Positions 16,075 through 25,630 of a stretch of DNA of 48,298 bases are shown piece by piece. The notes below the pieces were generated by a model. It searched no databases and was not told the DNA's origin. It worked only from the letters and a program-made list of their open reading frames with translations. The stretch is taken from positions 1-48,298 of the IMG/VR virus record IMGVR_UViG_3300048611_000085. The stretch is one strand, 5' to 3'. The DNA is from a virus (lineage: Duplodnaviria; Caudoviricetes). Position 1 is the first letter of the stretch. Every line of letters begins with the position of its first letter. A program made the position numbers and the translations under genes.

Positions 16075-19000
16075 ATGCCCGACCCGGCTCAATATGTCCA
16101 GAACGTCCTAAACGCCAGGAGAGGGGCCGGGGCGCTCAGTCCCGCCGCGATCGCCACGATCGACGGGGAATATCTGCTCATGTTGCAGCAGATCCTCCTA
16201 CTGGCGGAGACGAACCCGGGAACGTTCCACGCTGCCCGAGCGGAGGAGGTGACCAGATCCATCCGGGCTGCTATGCGGGAGTATGGATCGAAGTTCGATC
16301 TGGAGGCCAAGAAGTACGTGGATCGGGCAATGGAGCTTGGGGTGAACGGTCACCTCAAGGGGCTGGATGCCGTTGATCTGGGGAGCATTGCCGCGAAACT
16401 GGGCTTCGACAAGGTTCCGGGTCAGACCCTCCAAGCTATTGCCGCCCGTCGAGGGGTCGGAATTGCTGATGCCTTCATGACATTTAGGACGAAGAATGTC
16501 AAGGCGGTAATCGACAGGATGGATTCGGTCATCTTCCAGGCGATAGGCCAGGGGATGAAATCCTCCGATTTCGTTCGCTCGATCGCCTTCAACCTCGGGG
16601 CGAATCTGGAGGATCAGGATATGCGGACCCTGCTCTCCAATCTGGGCGAGAGGGGATCGTTCCGCGCCTTCCTGAACGCCGAACAGCGGCAAGCCCTGAT
16701 CAATCAGTTCGGTGACCGCCTGGATGAGGCAAAGGCGCTCCTGAGTGATGCGAGGAGGATCGGGGTTACGGAGGTGAATACGGCCTACTTCGAAGCGGAT
16801 CGATTGTCGGCTGTTCGATCCCCGGTCGTGGGGGGAGTGAGATGGAACCTGTCGGGCCGGCATGATGCAATCGGGATCGTGGACGAGTGCGACGTTTATG
16901 CATCGGCTGATTACTACGATCTCGGGGTGGGCATCTTCCCTGCGGAGGTATGTCCTGCTCGCCCTCATCCCTATTGTGCGTGCTGGCTGGAATCGGTCTT
17001 GCGTCCTGCGTCCGAATGGGGCAAGGAGAAACAGGCATTCGTTCCTCCGAAGGAACTCCCGGCAGAGGAGATCCAGCAACTGATGGAGGAGAGGGCCAAG
17101 ATGATGCAGGCCAGGACCTCGAAAACGATCCGGATCCCGGATCTGAAGAAGGCCCAGAAGGTTCAGATGCGCTCAAATGCGTATGCGAAGAACGCCTATG
17201 TAGCAGGGGCCGATACGAAGTGGGTTCCTCCTCCGACCCAGGTTCAACTCGAAGCATTCCCCTCATCCCTGTCGCTTGTCGAGAAGGGGCAACGGGCAAG
17301 AGGGGGAATCCCTCCCGTATGGCAACCGGTAATGCAGAATGAGACGGCCCACGAATGGGCTTCCCATTCGGTGTTCAGGGGGAGGCGATTCTATGTACAG
17401 GAGAATATCGTCTCTAAGGCGAAAATAGAGGGAACCAAGCTCCGCAGGACGCTCGATGATAAACATCCGGGAATCCGGGCCTCAACTGATAAGGCGGCTA
17501 TGAAGGCCAAGGGGAACGGAAGCGTGGTCGAAGTGATGGTCGACGTCCGGAACCCCCTCCAGGTGAACGAAAAGTTCTGGGGCGGGGTGTCGGGCCGGGA
17601 TGCCCACCAACAGGTTTATGAACTGCTTCGCCAGAAGGGGATAAACCCCCTTTCAGCAACGAGGACGCAACTATCTGAGGCTGTCCAGAAGGCGGGCTAT
17701 GACGGGTGGTATGTGATGCATGGGGATGATGTGATCCATGAATTGAAGGTATTCGCCAGAAAACAGGCGACGGTTCTCTCGGATGACTGGAAGCCCCTGC
17801 AGCTTGCCTCCTCAACTACCGGCCCGGATGATCTCAGGTTCGTCCAGGATCTCGGAGGATCGACGGGGGCGAAGCTGTATGAGCGGGTCGGGGATGGGAA
17901 GAAGTTCGTCGTGAAGAAGGGGGCGAGCAAGGCCCACATCACGGAGGAATCTATCGCAGACAGGGTCTACGCACGGCTCCAGATCTCCGTCCCGGACCAC
18001 CGCGTCTATACGGTGGGAGATGAGATCTACAAGGTCTCGGAATTCATCGAAGGGGCGAACATCATGACGCTTGCCGAGGCCCGGGCAAGTTCGGAGGTTT
18101 CGAAGCAGGCCCTTCAGGTGATCCAGGACAGGCTCCGGAAGCACTTTGCCGCGGACGCCCTTCTCGGGAACTGGGATGTTGTGGGATTGAATTTCGACAA
18201 CCTCCTGGTGGACGTGAAAACAGGGCGAGTATGGAGGATCGACAACGGGGGGGCGCTCCGATTCCGAACCCAGGGAGGCGCTAAGACGCTCACTCCCGAC
18301 GTGCAGGAGATCTTCACCCTCAGAGATGCGTCCATCAACCCGAGCGCCGCAGAGATGTTCGGAACGCTGTCAGACAGACGATTGAAGAAGGATGCGGCCT
18401 CGATTCTGAGGCGAAGGAAGCAGATCCTCGAAGAACTCCCCCCCGAACTCAGGGGGATCATGACGCAGAGAATGGACTGGCTCGAGGATTGGATCTCGGG
18501 AGGCTCCTCTTTCCAGGGATCGGCTGATGACGTCGGGGGAGTGATAGCCCGAGAGGTGAACAAGGTATTCGCAGAGAAGGTCAGGAGCCTTGGGGCCAGA
18601 GGCTACTCGATCCTATTCGACGAGGGGGACGTGGAAGATCTTCAGGCGCTCGTCTGGTGGGAGACGAACCTGGAGGGGAAGAAGGTGGTCCGGATGCGAT
18701 TCAAGGTCACCGAGGAAGCCGCAGAACGGATCCTGCCGAAGGGCGCAATAGCCAATAATGAAACCAAGGATCTTATCGACCAGGCGTTCCAGCATATTCA
18801 GGCCGCCGCAAAGACCGTTGCTACCCACGCAGACGACGGGAAGTACAACCTCGGGACAATCGCGAAGGCAGAGGATTTCCTGCTCAATGACCTCAGGGGG
18901 AAGATTGGTAAATCGATATCCCAGAAGGACTACGAGGTTCTTCTCGGTCAACTCATCGACATCAAGGATGCCAAGGATGCGGGAACGAAACCTCCCTTCA

Positions 19001-20142
19001 TCAACAAGATCGTCAGCACATTCAAGGCCCCGAAAGACAAGGCGGTATGGGTGAAGTGGAGCAAGGGGGAGATGACCCTTCGTCGCAAACAAGCAAAGGC
19101 CGGCACGTTGAAAGAGTCGAGCGAGACAAACATCCATGACGTAAACGCCTTCCGGACGGTCTCAAAAGATGGGGTTCGGATTGAGATATCCCCGTTTGAT
19201 AGAAGCTCAACCGGACAATACGCCTTCGGGGGGAATGTGGAGATATCGTTTACGGGAGATGTTTCGGAGGCTTCAATCCGGACGATCTTCAATGCTCTGG
19301 GAGAAGTGGGCATCAATGCCGTTCCTGCGAGCGACGAATATCTGGAGGCGGTTTACCTGTTCAAGCATTTCGAATTCCAGAGCGCAGAAGTCAGAAACAT
19401 CGCAAGGCAGGCCCTCACCAATCAGAGCATACCAATCGAATTGCGTGCGGAGGAGCTGAGGAATCTATTCGAGCAACACTTCGACGTGAAGCTGCCCCTG
19501 AAGGCCGGGCAACAAGCCTCGAACGGGGCTACCTATGATTGGAGGGGTCTGGTTCACGACCGGGGAGGATGGGGAGAGTGGAAGCGGGTCGATATTCCCC
19601 CCGACGCTTTCAAGGGGTTGTCGCTCGTTCACGGTAGTTCCCAGAGCGTTGAGGATCTGGTCAAATTATTGCTTGAGCAGACGAATGGATTTTTGACATC
19701 GACGGTCGAGAGAACAAGACTTGGCGTTCCTCTCAAACATGGGATGAGTGTCGGTTCCGATATTGAACACGGAACCGCCGACTACCTGTTCACGAGGATC
19801 AAGACTCAACTGGGATCTCGTGGAGCGACCTTTCAATGGGATGCCAGCGAACATCTGACGAGACTCGATGCGCGATCGTACAGTTCTGATTGGCTGGGAG
19901 GCAGCTATAAGATCTGGAAATCGAGCGAACGGCGAGCAAAGAGCGCCGCCGATATCAGGGCTCTCGCCAGAAACGGAGGGAATGAGACATTACTCAAGAA
20001 GGGGATCGATCTGTTTCGAGGGCTCCAATCCATCGGAGTCGGCTCACATCACGATAAGGAGCAACTTATCTCACTCCTCCAAGATGTGGGGATCACCAAG
20101 ATCAACGGCAAAACACTGGAACAGATAATCATCGTGAGATAA
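16075..20142 (+). CDS. MuF/SPP1 gp7-like minor head protein with long C-terminal cargo (ART-like, kinase-like and unknown domains)
   Basis: RIGVTEVNTAY...DECD...PARPHPYCACWL MuF signature; position after the portal; LGGSTG/VVK/NWD/DN/IDNG kinase-like motifs. Confidence 0.8.
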   Translation: MPDPAQYVQNVLNARRGAGALSPAAIATIDGEYLLMLQQILLLAETNPGTFHAARAEEVTRSIRAAMREYGSKFDLEAKKYVDRAMELGVNGHLKGLDAVDLGSIAAKLGFDKVPGQTLQAIAARRGVGIADAFMTFRTKNVKAVIDRMDSVIFQAIGQGMKSSDFVRSIAFNLGANLEDQDMRTLLSNLGERGSFRAFLNAEQRQALINQFGDRLDEAKALLSDARRIGVTEVNTAYFEADRLSAVRSPVVGGVRWNLSGRHDAIGIVDECDVYASADYYDLGVGIFPAEVCPARPHPYCACWLESVLRPASEWGKEKQAFVPPKELPAEEIQQLMEERAKMMQARTSKTIRIPDLKKAQKVQMRSNAYAKNAYVAGADTKWVPPPTQVQLEAFPSSLSLVEKGQRARGGIPPVWQPVMQNETAHEWASHSVFRGRRFYVQENIVSKAKIEGTKLRRTLDDKHPGIRASTDKAAMKAKGNGSVVEVMVDVRNPLQVNEKFWGGVSGRDAHQQVYELLRQKGINPLSATRTQLSEAVQKAGYDGWYVMHGDDVIHELKVFARKQATVLSDDWKPLQLASSTTGPDDLRFVQDLGGSTGAKLYERVGDGKKFVVKKGASKAHITEESIADRVYARLQISVPDHRVYTVGDEIYKVSEFIEGANIMTLAEARASSEVSKQALQVIQDRLRKHFAADALLGNWDVVGLNFDNLLVDVKTGRVWRIDNGGALRFRTQGGAKTLTPDVQEIFTLRDASINPSAAEMFGTLSDRRLKKDAASILRRRKQILEELPPELRGIMTQRMDWLEDWISGGSSFQGSADDVGGVIAREVNKVFAEKVRSLGARGYSILFDEGDVEDLQALVWWETNLEGKKVVRMRFKVTEEAAERILPKGAIANNETKDLIDQAFQHIQAAAKTVATHADDGKYNLGTIAKAEDFLLNDLRGKIGKSISQKDYEVLLGQLIDIKDAKDAGTKPPFINKIVSTFKAPKDKAVWVKWSKGEMTLRRKQAKAGTLKESSETNIHDVNAFRTVSKDGVRIEISPFDRSSTGQYAFGGNVEISFTGDVSEASIRTIFNALGEVGINAVPASDEYLEAVYLFKHFEFQSAEVRNIARQALTNQSIPIELRAEELRNLFEQHFDVKLPLKAGQQASNGATYDWRGLVHDRGGWGEWKRVDIPPDAFKGLSLVHGSSQSVEDLVKLLLEQTNGFLTSTVERTRLGVPLKHGMSVGSDIEHGTADYLFTRIKTQLGSRGATFQWDASEHLTRLDARSYSSDWLGGSYKIWKSSERRAKSAADIRALARNGGNETLLKKGIDLFRGLQSIGVGSHHDKEQLISLLQDVGITKINGKTLEQIIIVR

Positions 20143-20145
20143 CGC

Positions 20146-20532
20146 ATGGCTCTTCTAAACCGGCTCGTTCAAAAACCCGTTCTGATCTATCCTGCCGTTG
20201 CTTCCTGGGACGAAATTCCTTCGGCTGTTGTAAGGATCCAGAAGGGGCAGTTCATCTTTCACGACCTCCTCCTGATCGAGACGGAGCTTAACGGGTCCGT
20301 CCATGTTATCGAATTCGATGAGGAGGATGAACCCCACAACCAAGGGGTGATGCTTCGACTGTCGGGGGAGGACGTGGCATACGTTTCCAAGATCGATGGT
20401 CCGACAGAGCGGAGCAGGATCGCTCTCGAAGCCTGGGAACGCGTTCCGGAGGAGGAACGGCAGAGAATCGTTGAGTATGTCGATTTGCTGGCGGCAGAGA
20501 TGCGCCAGGAGCGGCAATCGTCCACCTCGTAA
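20146..20532 (+). CDS. acidic hypothetical protein, candidate partner or immunity protein of the MuF cargo
   Basis: 128 aa, starting 3 nt after the MuF stop. Confidence 0.6.
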   Translation: MALLNRLVQKPVLIYPAVASWDEIPSAVVRIQKGQFIFHDLLLIETELNGSVHVIEFDEEDEPHNQGVMLRLSGEDVAYVSKIDGPTERSRIALEAWERVPEEERQRIVEYVDLLAAEMRQERQSSTS

Positions 20533-20544
20533 CAGGAAAGGATC

Positions 20545-21378
20545 GTGGCAAAACTGGGAATCATCACGGCTCTATGGGGAGATCTCGAAGCGCGTCAGAT
20601 AATGATGCGGGAGCAGGCAGAGGAAGCGAGAAAGACGGGACATGATATCGTTCTTCTCGCCACAGGGTCGGAGGGAGCCGCCTCAAAGCAGGTTGCAAAA
20701 TGGGCCGGCTGGGACTACCTCGAATGGGAGAACAATCCCGTTTCAGACAAATGGAACGCCGTATGCAGAACGATGAGGGATCGCCATGATCCGGAGGGGG
20801 TCGTGATCATGGGATCAGATGACTGCATGGACGCGGAGGGATTGCTCGGTATCATTGAGGAACTGGAGGAGGGTCGATCATACACCTACTTCCACGAGAT
20901 GTATTTCCTGGATGTATCGGATTTCTCGAAGATCCTATGTCATGGGAGGCTCGTTCTCGGGTCGGGGAGGATGATTGCCCGGGGGATCCTCGATCAACTT
21001 GGATGGAATCCGTGGAATCGGGGCCACGACAGCGGTTTGGATATCCTGATCGACCATCGCATCCGAAGATTTACAACGGGCGTTGATTTTTCGATAGTCA
21101 AAAGGGGCCACATGATGGGACTCAAGGGTCTGGGAAACATCAATTCGATGGACTGGATCCGGGGTAGAACGTTCTGGAGACACGCCGATTCGGGGGAGCT
21201 TGAAGCCATCTTTCCACGAATCCTTGACAGGCTCGAATCGCTTTACCTACCTTACGACTTGAATTCACAGCCGACGGACTGGCTAAAATCGTCTGCAAGG
21301 GATGAATCGGGGGATGCCCGGAAGAACCCCGTCCGGATGGAACCGGAACGCGTTCATATCAACGTGCTGAAACAATGA
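20545..21378 (+). CDS. GT-A fold glycosyltransferase
   Basis: IITALWG, NNPVSDKWNA, IMGSDD, GSGRMI, GLD. Confidence 0.7.
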   Translation: MAKLGIITALWGDLEARQIMMREQAEEARKTGHDIVLLATGSEGAASKQVAKWAGWDYLEWENNPVSDKWNAVCRTMRDRHDPEGVVIMGSDDCMDAEGLLGIIEELEEGRSYTYFHEMYFLDVSDFSKILCHGRLVLGSGRMIARGILDQLGWNPWNRGHDSGLDILIDHRIRRFTTGVDFSIVKRGHMMGLKGLGNINSMDWIRGRTFWRHADSGELEAIFPRILDRLESLYLPYDLNSQPTDWLKSSARDESGDARKNPVRMEPERVHINVLKQ

Positions 21379-22142
21379 CTTTAGAAGAAGCAGTTAAGAC
21401 GATCGCAGAAGCCGAGGACCAGGAGGTTGCAGTGGAAGCACTCCATAAGGGAGCCCCCCGGATCTGGCAAGGCATTTTTGACATGGGCCACGGAAAGCGG
21501 ACCGCTGAAACCTCGAAAGAGATCAAGGATCTGAAGAAGGCGCTCGAAGATGAAAAAGCCTCGCACAAGGCTTCGACGGATCGTATTGCTGAACTGGAGT
21601 CGGGCGACGGAGATCTCGATAAGGAGAGGGAGAAGTTCAAGCAGGACCTCCAAAGGGAGCGGGAAGCGGCGGAATTGAAAATCGCCGACATGAATTCCAA
21701 GCTCAAGAAGGCGCGAGAGCGACGAGTGGAGGATGAGCTTGTTCTGAGCCTCACCGATCCGAACGGCCACGGTCTGAATGCCAAGTATGCCCGAATGATC
21801 GCTCGTGAGTCGATCCAAGAGGGCAGGATCAAGTTCGATCCGGAGGATGTGGATTCATACGAGGTGCTCGGGAAAGGGATGAACGCCGCGCCAATCCAGG
21901 GCAGCAAGGACGCTACCCCGCTTCAACTCCTGGCGAAGGAAATGTCTGATGAGGCTGATGACGTGTTCCGCGTATCGAAGGCCGATCAGAACGGATCCGG
22001 GCACAAGGGGGGAGGCAAAGGAGATGAGGATCCTTTCGAAGCCGCTCGAAAGAGGGCCGAGGAACGACAGAAGGGATCGACCGACTCTCAGAAGGCGGTT
22101 GATACCCTCCTCAACAAACACTCCGCAACGAAGGTCGCGTAA
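21375..22142 (+). CDS. capsid scaffolding protein
   Basis: Charged coiled coil with GSG-rich C-terminal linker, upstream of the capsid genes. Confidence 0.75.
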   Translation: MTLEEAVKTIAEAEDQEVAVEALHKGAPRIWQGIFDMGHGKRTAETSKEIKDLKKALEDEKASHKASTDRIAELESGDGDLDKEREKFKQDLQREREAAELKIADMNSKLKKARERRVEDELVLSLTDPNGHGLNAKYARMIARESIQEGRIKFDPEDVDSYEVLGKGMNAAPIQGSKDATPLQLLAKEMSDEADDVFRVSKADQNGSGHKGGGKGDEDPFEAARKRAEERQKGSTDSQKAVDTLLNKHSATKVA

Positions 22143-22188
22143 GGGGATATGCCCCTGCTTCTCGATTAAACGGTAATCGAGAACAATC

Positions 22189-22608
22189 ATGCCGAATAAA
22201 GTGACCGTAACCACGGGAGGGGACGTTTATACGGATCCTTTCCAGGGGCCGGCTCATCACACCGCGCAGATTACGATCGACCCGAGTATCCTCAAGTCCA
22301 CCGACTTCGTAGATAGCGACGGGCTGTTGAAGCCCGGAACGATCTTCGAGGAAGATGGAACGCTGGCGGGTGGGGCAGGAACTTACGTTTTTGGCGTGGT
22401 TCGCTACCCCATCGAAGTCGCCGCAGGAGACACCGATGCTCTCCTGGATGCGGCACCCAACGTTGATATCGTCGTCTTTATCCGCGGGGTCGTGGACAAA
22501 GACACGATTGAGGACAACATCGGGCGAGCGCTGACGCAAGGTGAAGTGGATGCCTTCAACTACCTGGGCAGCCACGTTCAACTCCTCGATTACGCCGTCA
22601 ACACCTAA
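22189..22608 (+). CDS. head decoration protein
   Basis: 139 aa between scaffold and MCP; LKPGT motif. Confidence 0.65.
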   Translation: MPNKVTVTTGGDVYTDPFQGPAHHTAQITIDPSILKSTDFVDSDGLLKPGTIFEEDGTLAGGAGTYVFGVVRYPIEVAAGDTDALLDAAPNVDIVVFIRGVVDKDTIEDNIGRALTQGEVDAFNYLGSHVQLLDYAVNT

Positions 22609-22627
22609 ACCATAGGAGGATGATTCC

Positions 22628-23701
22628 ATGCCTGTTGCTGATTATATCAAGCAGGTCGAGGATCTGACGCCCGAGGTTTTAACCGTTGAGGCGCAGACTG
22701 TCGATCCGCTCGACAATGGATCCCTGTACTGGGGCACCTTCATGCCCCGGAGGGACATTGACTCGATCAAGATCAAGTCAATCGAGGAAACCGATTTCCG
22801 TCCTGTTGGTGACAACCGCGAGTGGGACGGTCAAGGTCGACAAATCCCCTTCCTCACCCCGGCCACCCGGGAGTACGAACTGGTTCCCACGGAAGTGTGG
22901 TTCTCAGTCGGAGAGAAGGAGATCCAACTCCTTCGAGAGAAGGCGGGAGGCGACCGGGGCCGAATGCTCAAGTTGTTCAAGGCCGACATTCAATCCCGGA
23001 TTGACGAACTGGCTCTGGCCTGTTACCGTCGTCTGGAGTTGAATATGTGGAAGGCCTGGCACGACGGGGTCATTCAGACGTCGAACCCGAAGGGGGTCAA
23101 GACGACCATGAGCCTTTCGTTCGCGGCAACGCGAATTCGAACCGCAGGAACGGCCTGGGATGATGGGGGGGTGAATGCCTACTCCGAATTCCTGACCATT
23201 CTGAAGGATTCGATCCGGCTCCTGGGAGGCAAGCCACGTGGGGTGGTGCTGAACCAACTCCTGTTCGATACCATCCTTGTGGATGCTCCGAACCCCCTAA
23301 GCCCAAGCCCGGGCGATGTTCTCCTGACAGCCGACGAATTGCAGCGTCGTGTTTCTGCAGAACTTGGAGCCCCGTTCGTCTTTGTCGTGATCGAGGAGAC
23401 GGTCGATGAGTTCCAGGATGCAGGGCCGCTTTCCTATTCGGAGACGCCGCTGTTTGCCGAGGGGCATCTCATGCTGATCCCCCCAAGGGGTCAGGTGGGT
23501 TGGTCGTACTTCGCACCCGTTGACCGCGCCCAGGATATGGCGGAAGCCATTCCGAACGCGCGAATTGACGTGCGGGGAGTTGCGATCTATATGCTCACGG
23601 AGAATGACGGGAAGACCCTGAAAGTTCAGGCGCAGCTCAACGTGATTCCGATCCCCGTCGAAGGACGGGTGCTCGTGATCGATACGTTGGTCACTGCGTA
23701 A
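22628..23701 (+). CDS. major capsid protein
   Basis: 357 aa, strong SD, position; RRLE..W..GVI and terminal P-P pattern of gpE-like MCPs. Confidence 0.8.
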   Translation: MPVADYIKQVEDLTPEVLTVEAQTVDPLDNGSLYWGTFMPRRDIDSIKIKSIEETDFRPVGDNREWDGQGRQIPFLTPATREYELVPTEVWFSVGEKEIQLLREKAGGDRGRMLKLFKADIQSRIDELALACYRRLELNMWKAWHDGVIQTSNPKGVKTTMSLSFAATRIRTAGTAWDDGGVNAYSEFLTILKDSIRLLGGKPRGVVLNQLLFDTILVDAPNPLSPSPGDVLLTADELQRRVSAELGAPFVFVVIEETVDEFQDAGPLSYSETPLFAEGHLMLIPPRGQVGWSYFAPVDRAQDMAEAIPNARIDVRGVAIYMLTENDGKTLKVQAQLNVIPIPVEGRVLVIDTLVTA

Positions 23702-23727
23702 ACCGTTCACTCCAATCTGAGATACCC

Positions 23728-23886
23728 ATGTTCAAGATCGTAGGGTGCATCCAATTCAAGAAGGTGAAGTACTTGGAGGGGGACGAGGAGGCTTACAAAG
23801 CCGCCGCGAAGCCCACGAAGGCTGATCTCGAACGGCTCCAAAAAGCCGGTGCGGTTCAGATTCTCTCCGGAAAGGAGAAAGACTGA
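23728..23886 (+). CDS. small post-capsid protein
   Basis: 52-aa ORF MFKIVGCIQFKK...LQKAGAV. Confidence 0.55.
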   Translation: MFKIVGCIQFKKVKYLEGDEEAYKAAAKPTKADLERLQKAGAVQILSGKEKD

Positions 23887-23895
23887 GAACCGTAA

Positions 23896-24249
23896 ATGGC
23901 TGCACTCATCACCGGCCATGTTCTGTTGAGCGAGGAAGCTGCGGCGCTCGACTCGAATGCTCTCCAGGCCCAGGAGGATACCGCAAGGTGGCTCCACGGA
24001 CTGGATGATGTGGACCCTGCTTCCGGATCCGATGAGGAGAATGTCCTGAAACTATGTCTTGTCTATCAGGTCAACTACCAGATAGAGCGAGGCATGGAGG
24101 CGGACGTTTACTCAAGGCTCCGGGATGGGGAGATCACATCCGAGTACCGAGACACCGCATTGAGCGCCACGGCTTCCATGCTCGCAGACAGACTCAGGGT
24201 CGAGGAGGATCTGAGCGAGTTTCAGGTTATAACCAGTCTGGGACATTGA
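23896..24249 (+). CDS. putative head-tail adaptor
   Basis: Size and synteny. Confidence 0.55.
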   Translation: MAALITGHVLLSEEAAALDSNALQAQEDTARWLHGLDDVDPASGSDEENVLKLCLVYQVNYQIERGMEADVYSRLRDGEITSEYRDTALSATASMLADRLRVEEDLSEFQVITSLGH

Positions 24250-24452
24250 ACAAGCGCGTTGTAAGGATTGATCGCCTGTACGAGATCCGGATTCGAGGGG
24301 AGCGGTTCAGCCAGGGGGATGAAGATTCCCTATCGTCGTTCGCGACGGGGGCTGAACTGAACGACCTGGAGAATCAGGGGATCGTTGAACTCAAGACCGT
24401 TCCCAAGAAGAAGCCGAAGAATGAGGCTAAAGGATCGAATGACAGCGAGTAG
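24246..24452 (+). CDS. small virion-associated protein
   Basis: TTG start overlapping the upstream stop; LENQGIVE followed by a Lys-rich tail. Confidence 0.45.
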   Translation: MNKRVVRIDRLYEIRIRGERFSQGDEDSLSSFATGAELNDLENQGIVELKTVPKKKPKNEAKGSNDSE

Positions 24453-24759
24453 GTCTGCCGAGAGCGGCACCTTCAATACCACGACGGGGGACTATTCCGA
24501 CGATCCCGTTGCGTATCTGGAAGATGCCGAATGTCTCGTACAGGACGGATGGGGAGCCCTTTCCCGAAATCCTGACGGGGCGGTTGACCAACAGTGGATG
24601 GCCCGGATCACGCTGAAACGGAGTCCTGACCTGTTTGAGATCGGAGATCTCGTCACGGTCACCTACTGGCCCTATGAAGATGTTGCCGGAATCATCCGGG
24701 AGATCAGAGGGATCTCGATAGGTCGGAGGCGAACAGCCCTGATGGTCGAATGGATGTAA
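24421..24759 (+). CDS. putative head closure protein
   Basis: Beta-rich, IGDLVTV; synteny. Confidence 0.5.
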   Translation: MRLKDRMTASRSAESGTFNTTTGDYSDDPVAYLEDAECLVQDGWGALSRNPDGAVDQQWMARITLKRSPDLFEIGDLVTVTYWPYEDVAGIIREIRGISIGRRRTALMVEWM

Positions 24760-25166
24760 AGGATTGGATCAAATCTCTTGGTGCAAGACGAAGATATGTT
24801 CTGGCGATTTCGAACAACGTCCGCTGGGCGGGGCCTCTCCATCACAGGGAGGGATTTTTCGTTCTCGACACAGACCATACGCGTCAATCCCTTGACGAGG
24901 TGTGGGCGGAAGCCGCACCCGGATCCGGACCTGTTACGGGCGACTTGATTGGGAATGTGCTTGAAGCCACCGGGAGAAAAGAGGTGAACTTCCTCCGATC
25001 ATATACCAACGAAAACCGCCCCCCCGCGAAACTGGGGGAGGGGTTCAGGAAAGCCCACCCCGGCCACTGGTCGGACGTCTCGGGCCGGCTGAACAACGGG
25101 TATAGGATCACCTGGCATACTTCACAAGGAACTCAGACGACCGGATTCGGAGGTAGTGGAGGATGA
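24750..25166 (+). CDS. putative neck/tail completion protein
   Basis: SNNVRWA and DVSGRL motifs recall HK97 gp10-like proteins; synteny. Confidence 0.45.
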   Translation: MDVKDWIKSLGARRRYVLAISNNVRWAGPLHHREGFFVLDTDHTRQSLDEVWAEAAPGSGPVTGDLIGNVLEATGRKEVNFLRSYTNENRPPAKLGEGFRKAHPGHWSDVSGRLNNGYRITWHTSQGTQTTGFGGSGG

Positions 25167-25615
25167 GCCAGCACGCAGCAATCGCTCCACCGGACGCAGA
25201 AGCAGTCCTTGAGGCGCTATACGGGCTGATCGTCGCTGACGGGCTCTCTACTCTTGTAAGGGGCGGGGAAATCGCCCTGCGGGAGTTTGAGAATGCCCTT
25301 GCTGATGACGGATCTGTTCGTATCCGGTGTCTCAGGCCTACTCACCCGGGAGGAGAAAGAGCCAACTGGTGGAACATCCGACGCCCTGTGTTTCAGGTGG
25401 TGCTTGAAACGAGACGAAAAGGAGCGGCAAAAGGAGATAAACCGCAGTATCGGCTGGAGATCGTCATGGGGGCTGTCGTTCCGCTTATCGTGGATAAGAA
25501 GCCCGTTGCATCGATGGTTCTCCCTTTCTGGCTGGAATCCTTCACCAACTCGCAATACGACGATTCGGACGGGACGTACTTCCTGACCTTGTATTTCAGA
25601 ACCCAACTACAATAA
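25163..25615 (+). CDS. putative tail terminator
   Basis: Size, and position directly before the tail tube gene. Confidence 0.5.
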   Translation: MSQHAAIAPPDAEAVLEALYGLIVADGLSTLVRGGEIALREFENALADDGSVRIRCLRPTHPGGERANWWNIRRPVFQVVLETRRKGAAKGDKPQYRLEIVMGAVVPLIVDKKPVASMVLPFWLESFTNSQYDDSDGTYFLTLYFRTQLQ

Positions 25616-25630
25616 AAAGAGGATAATTCA

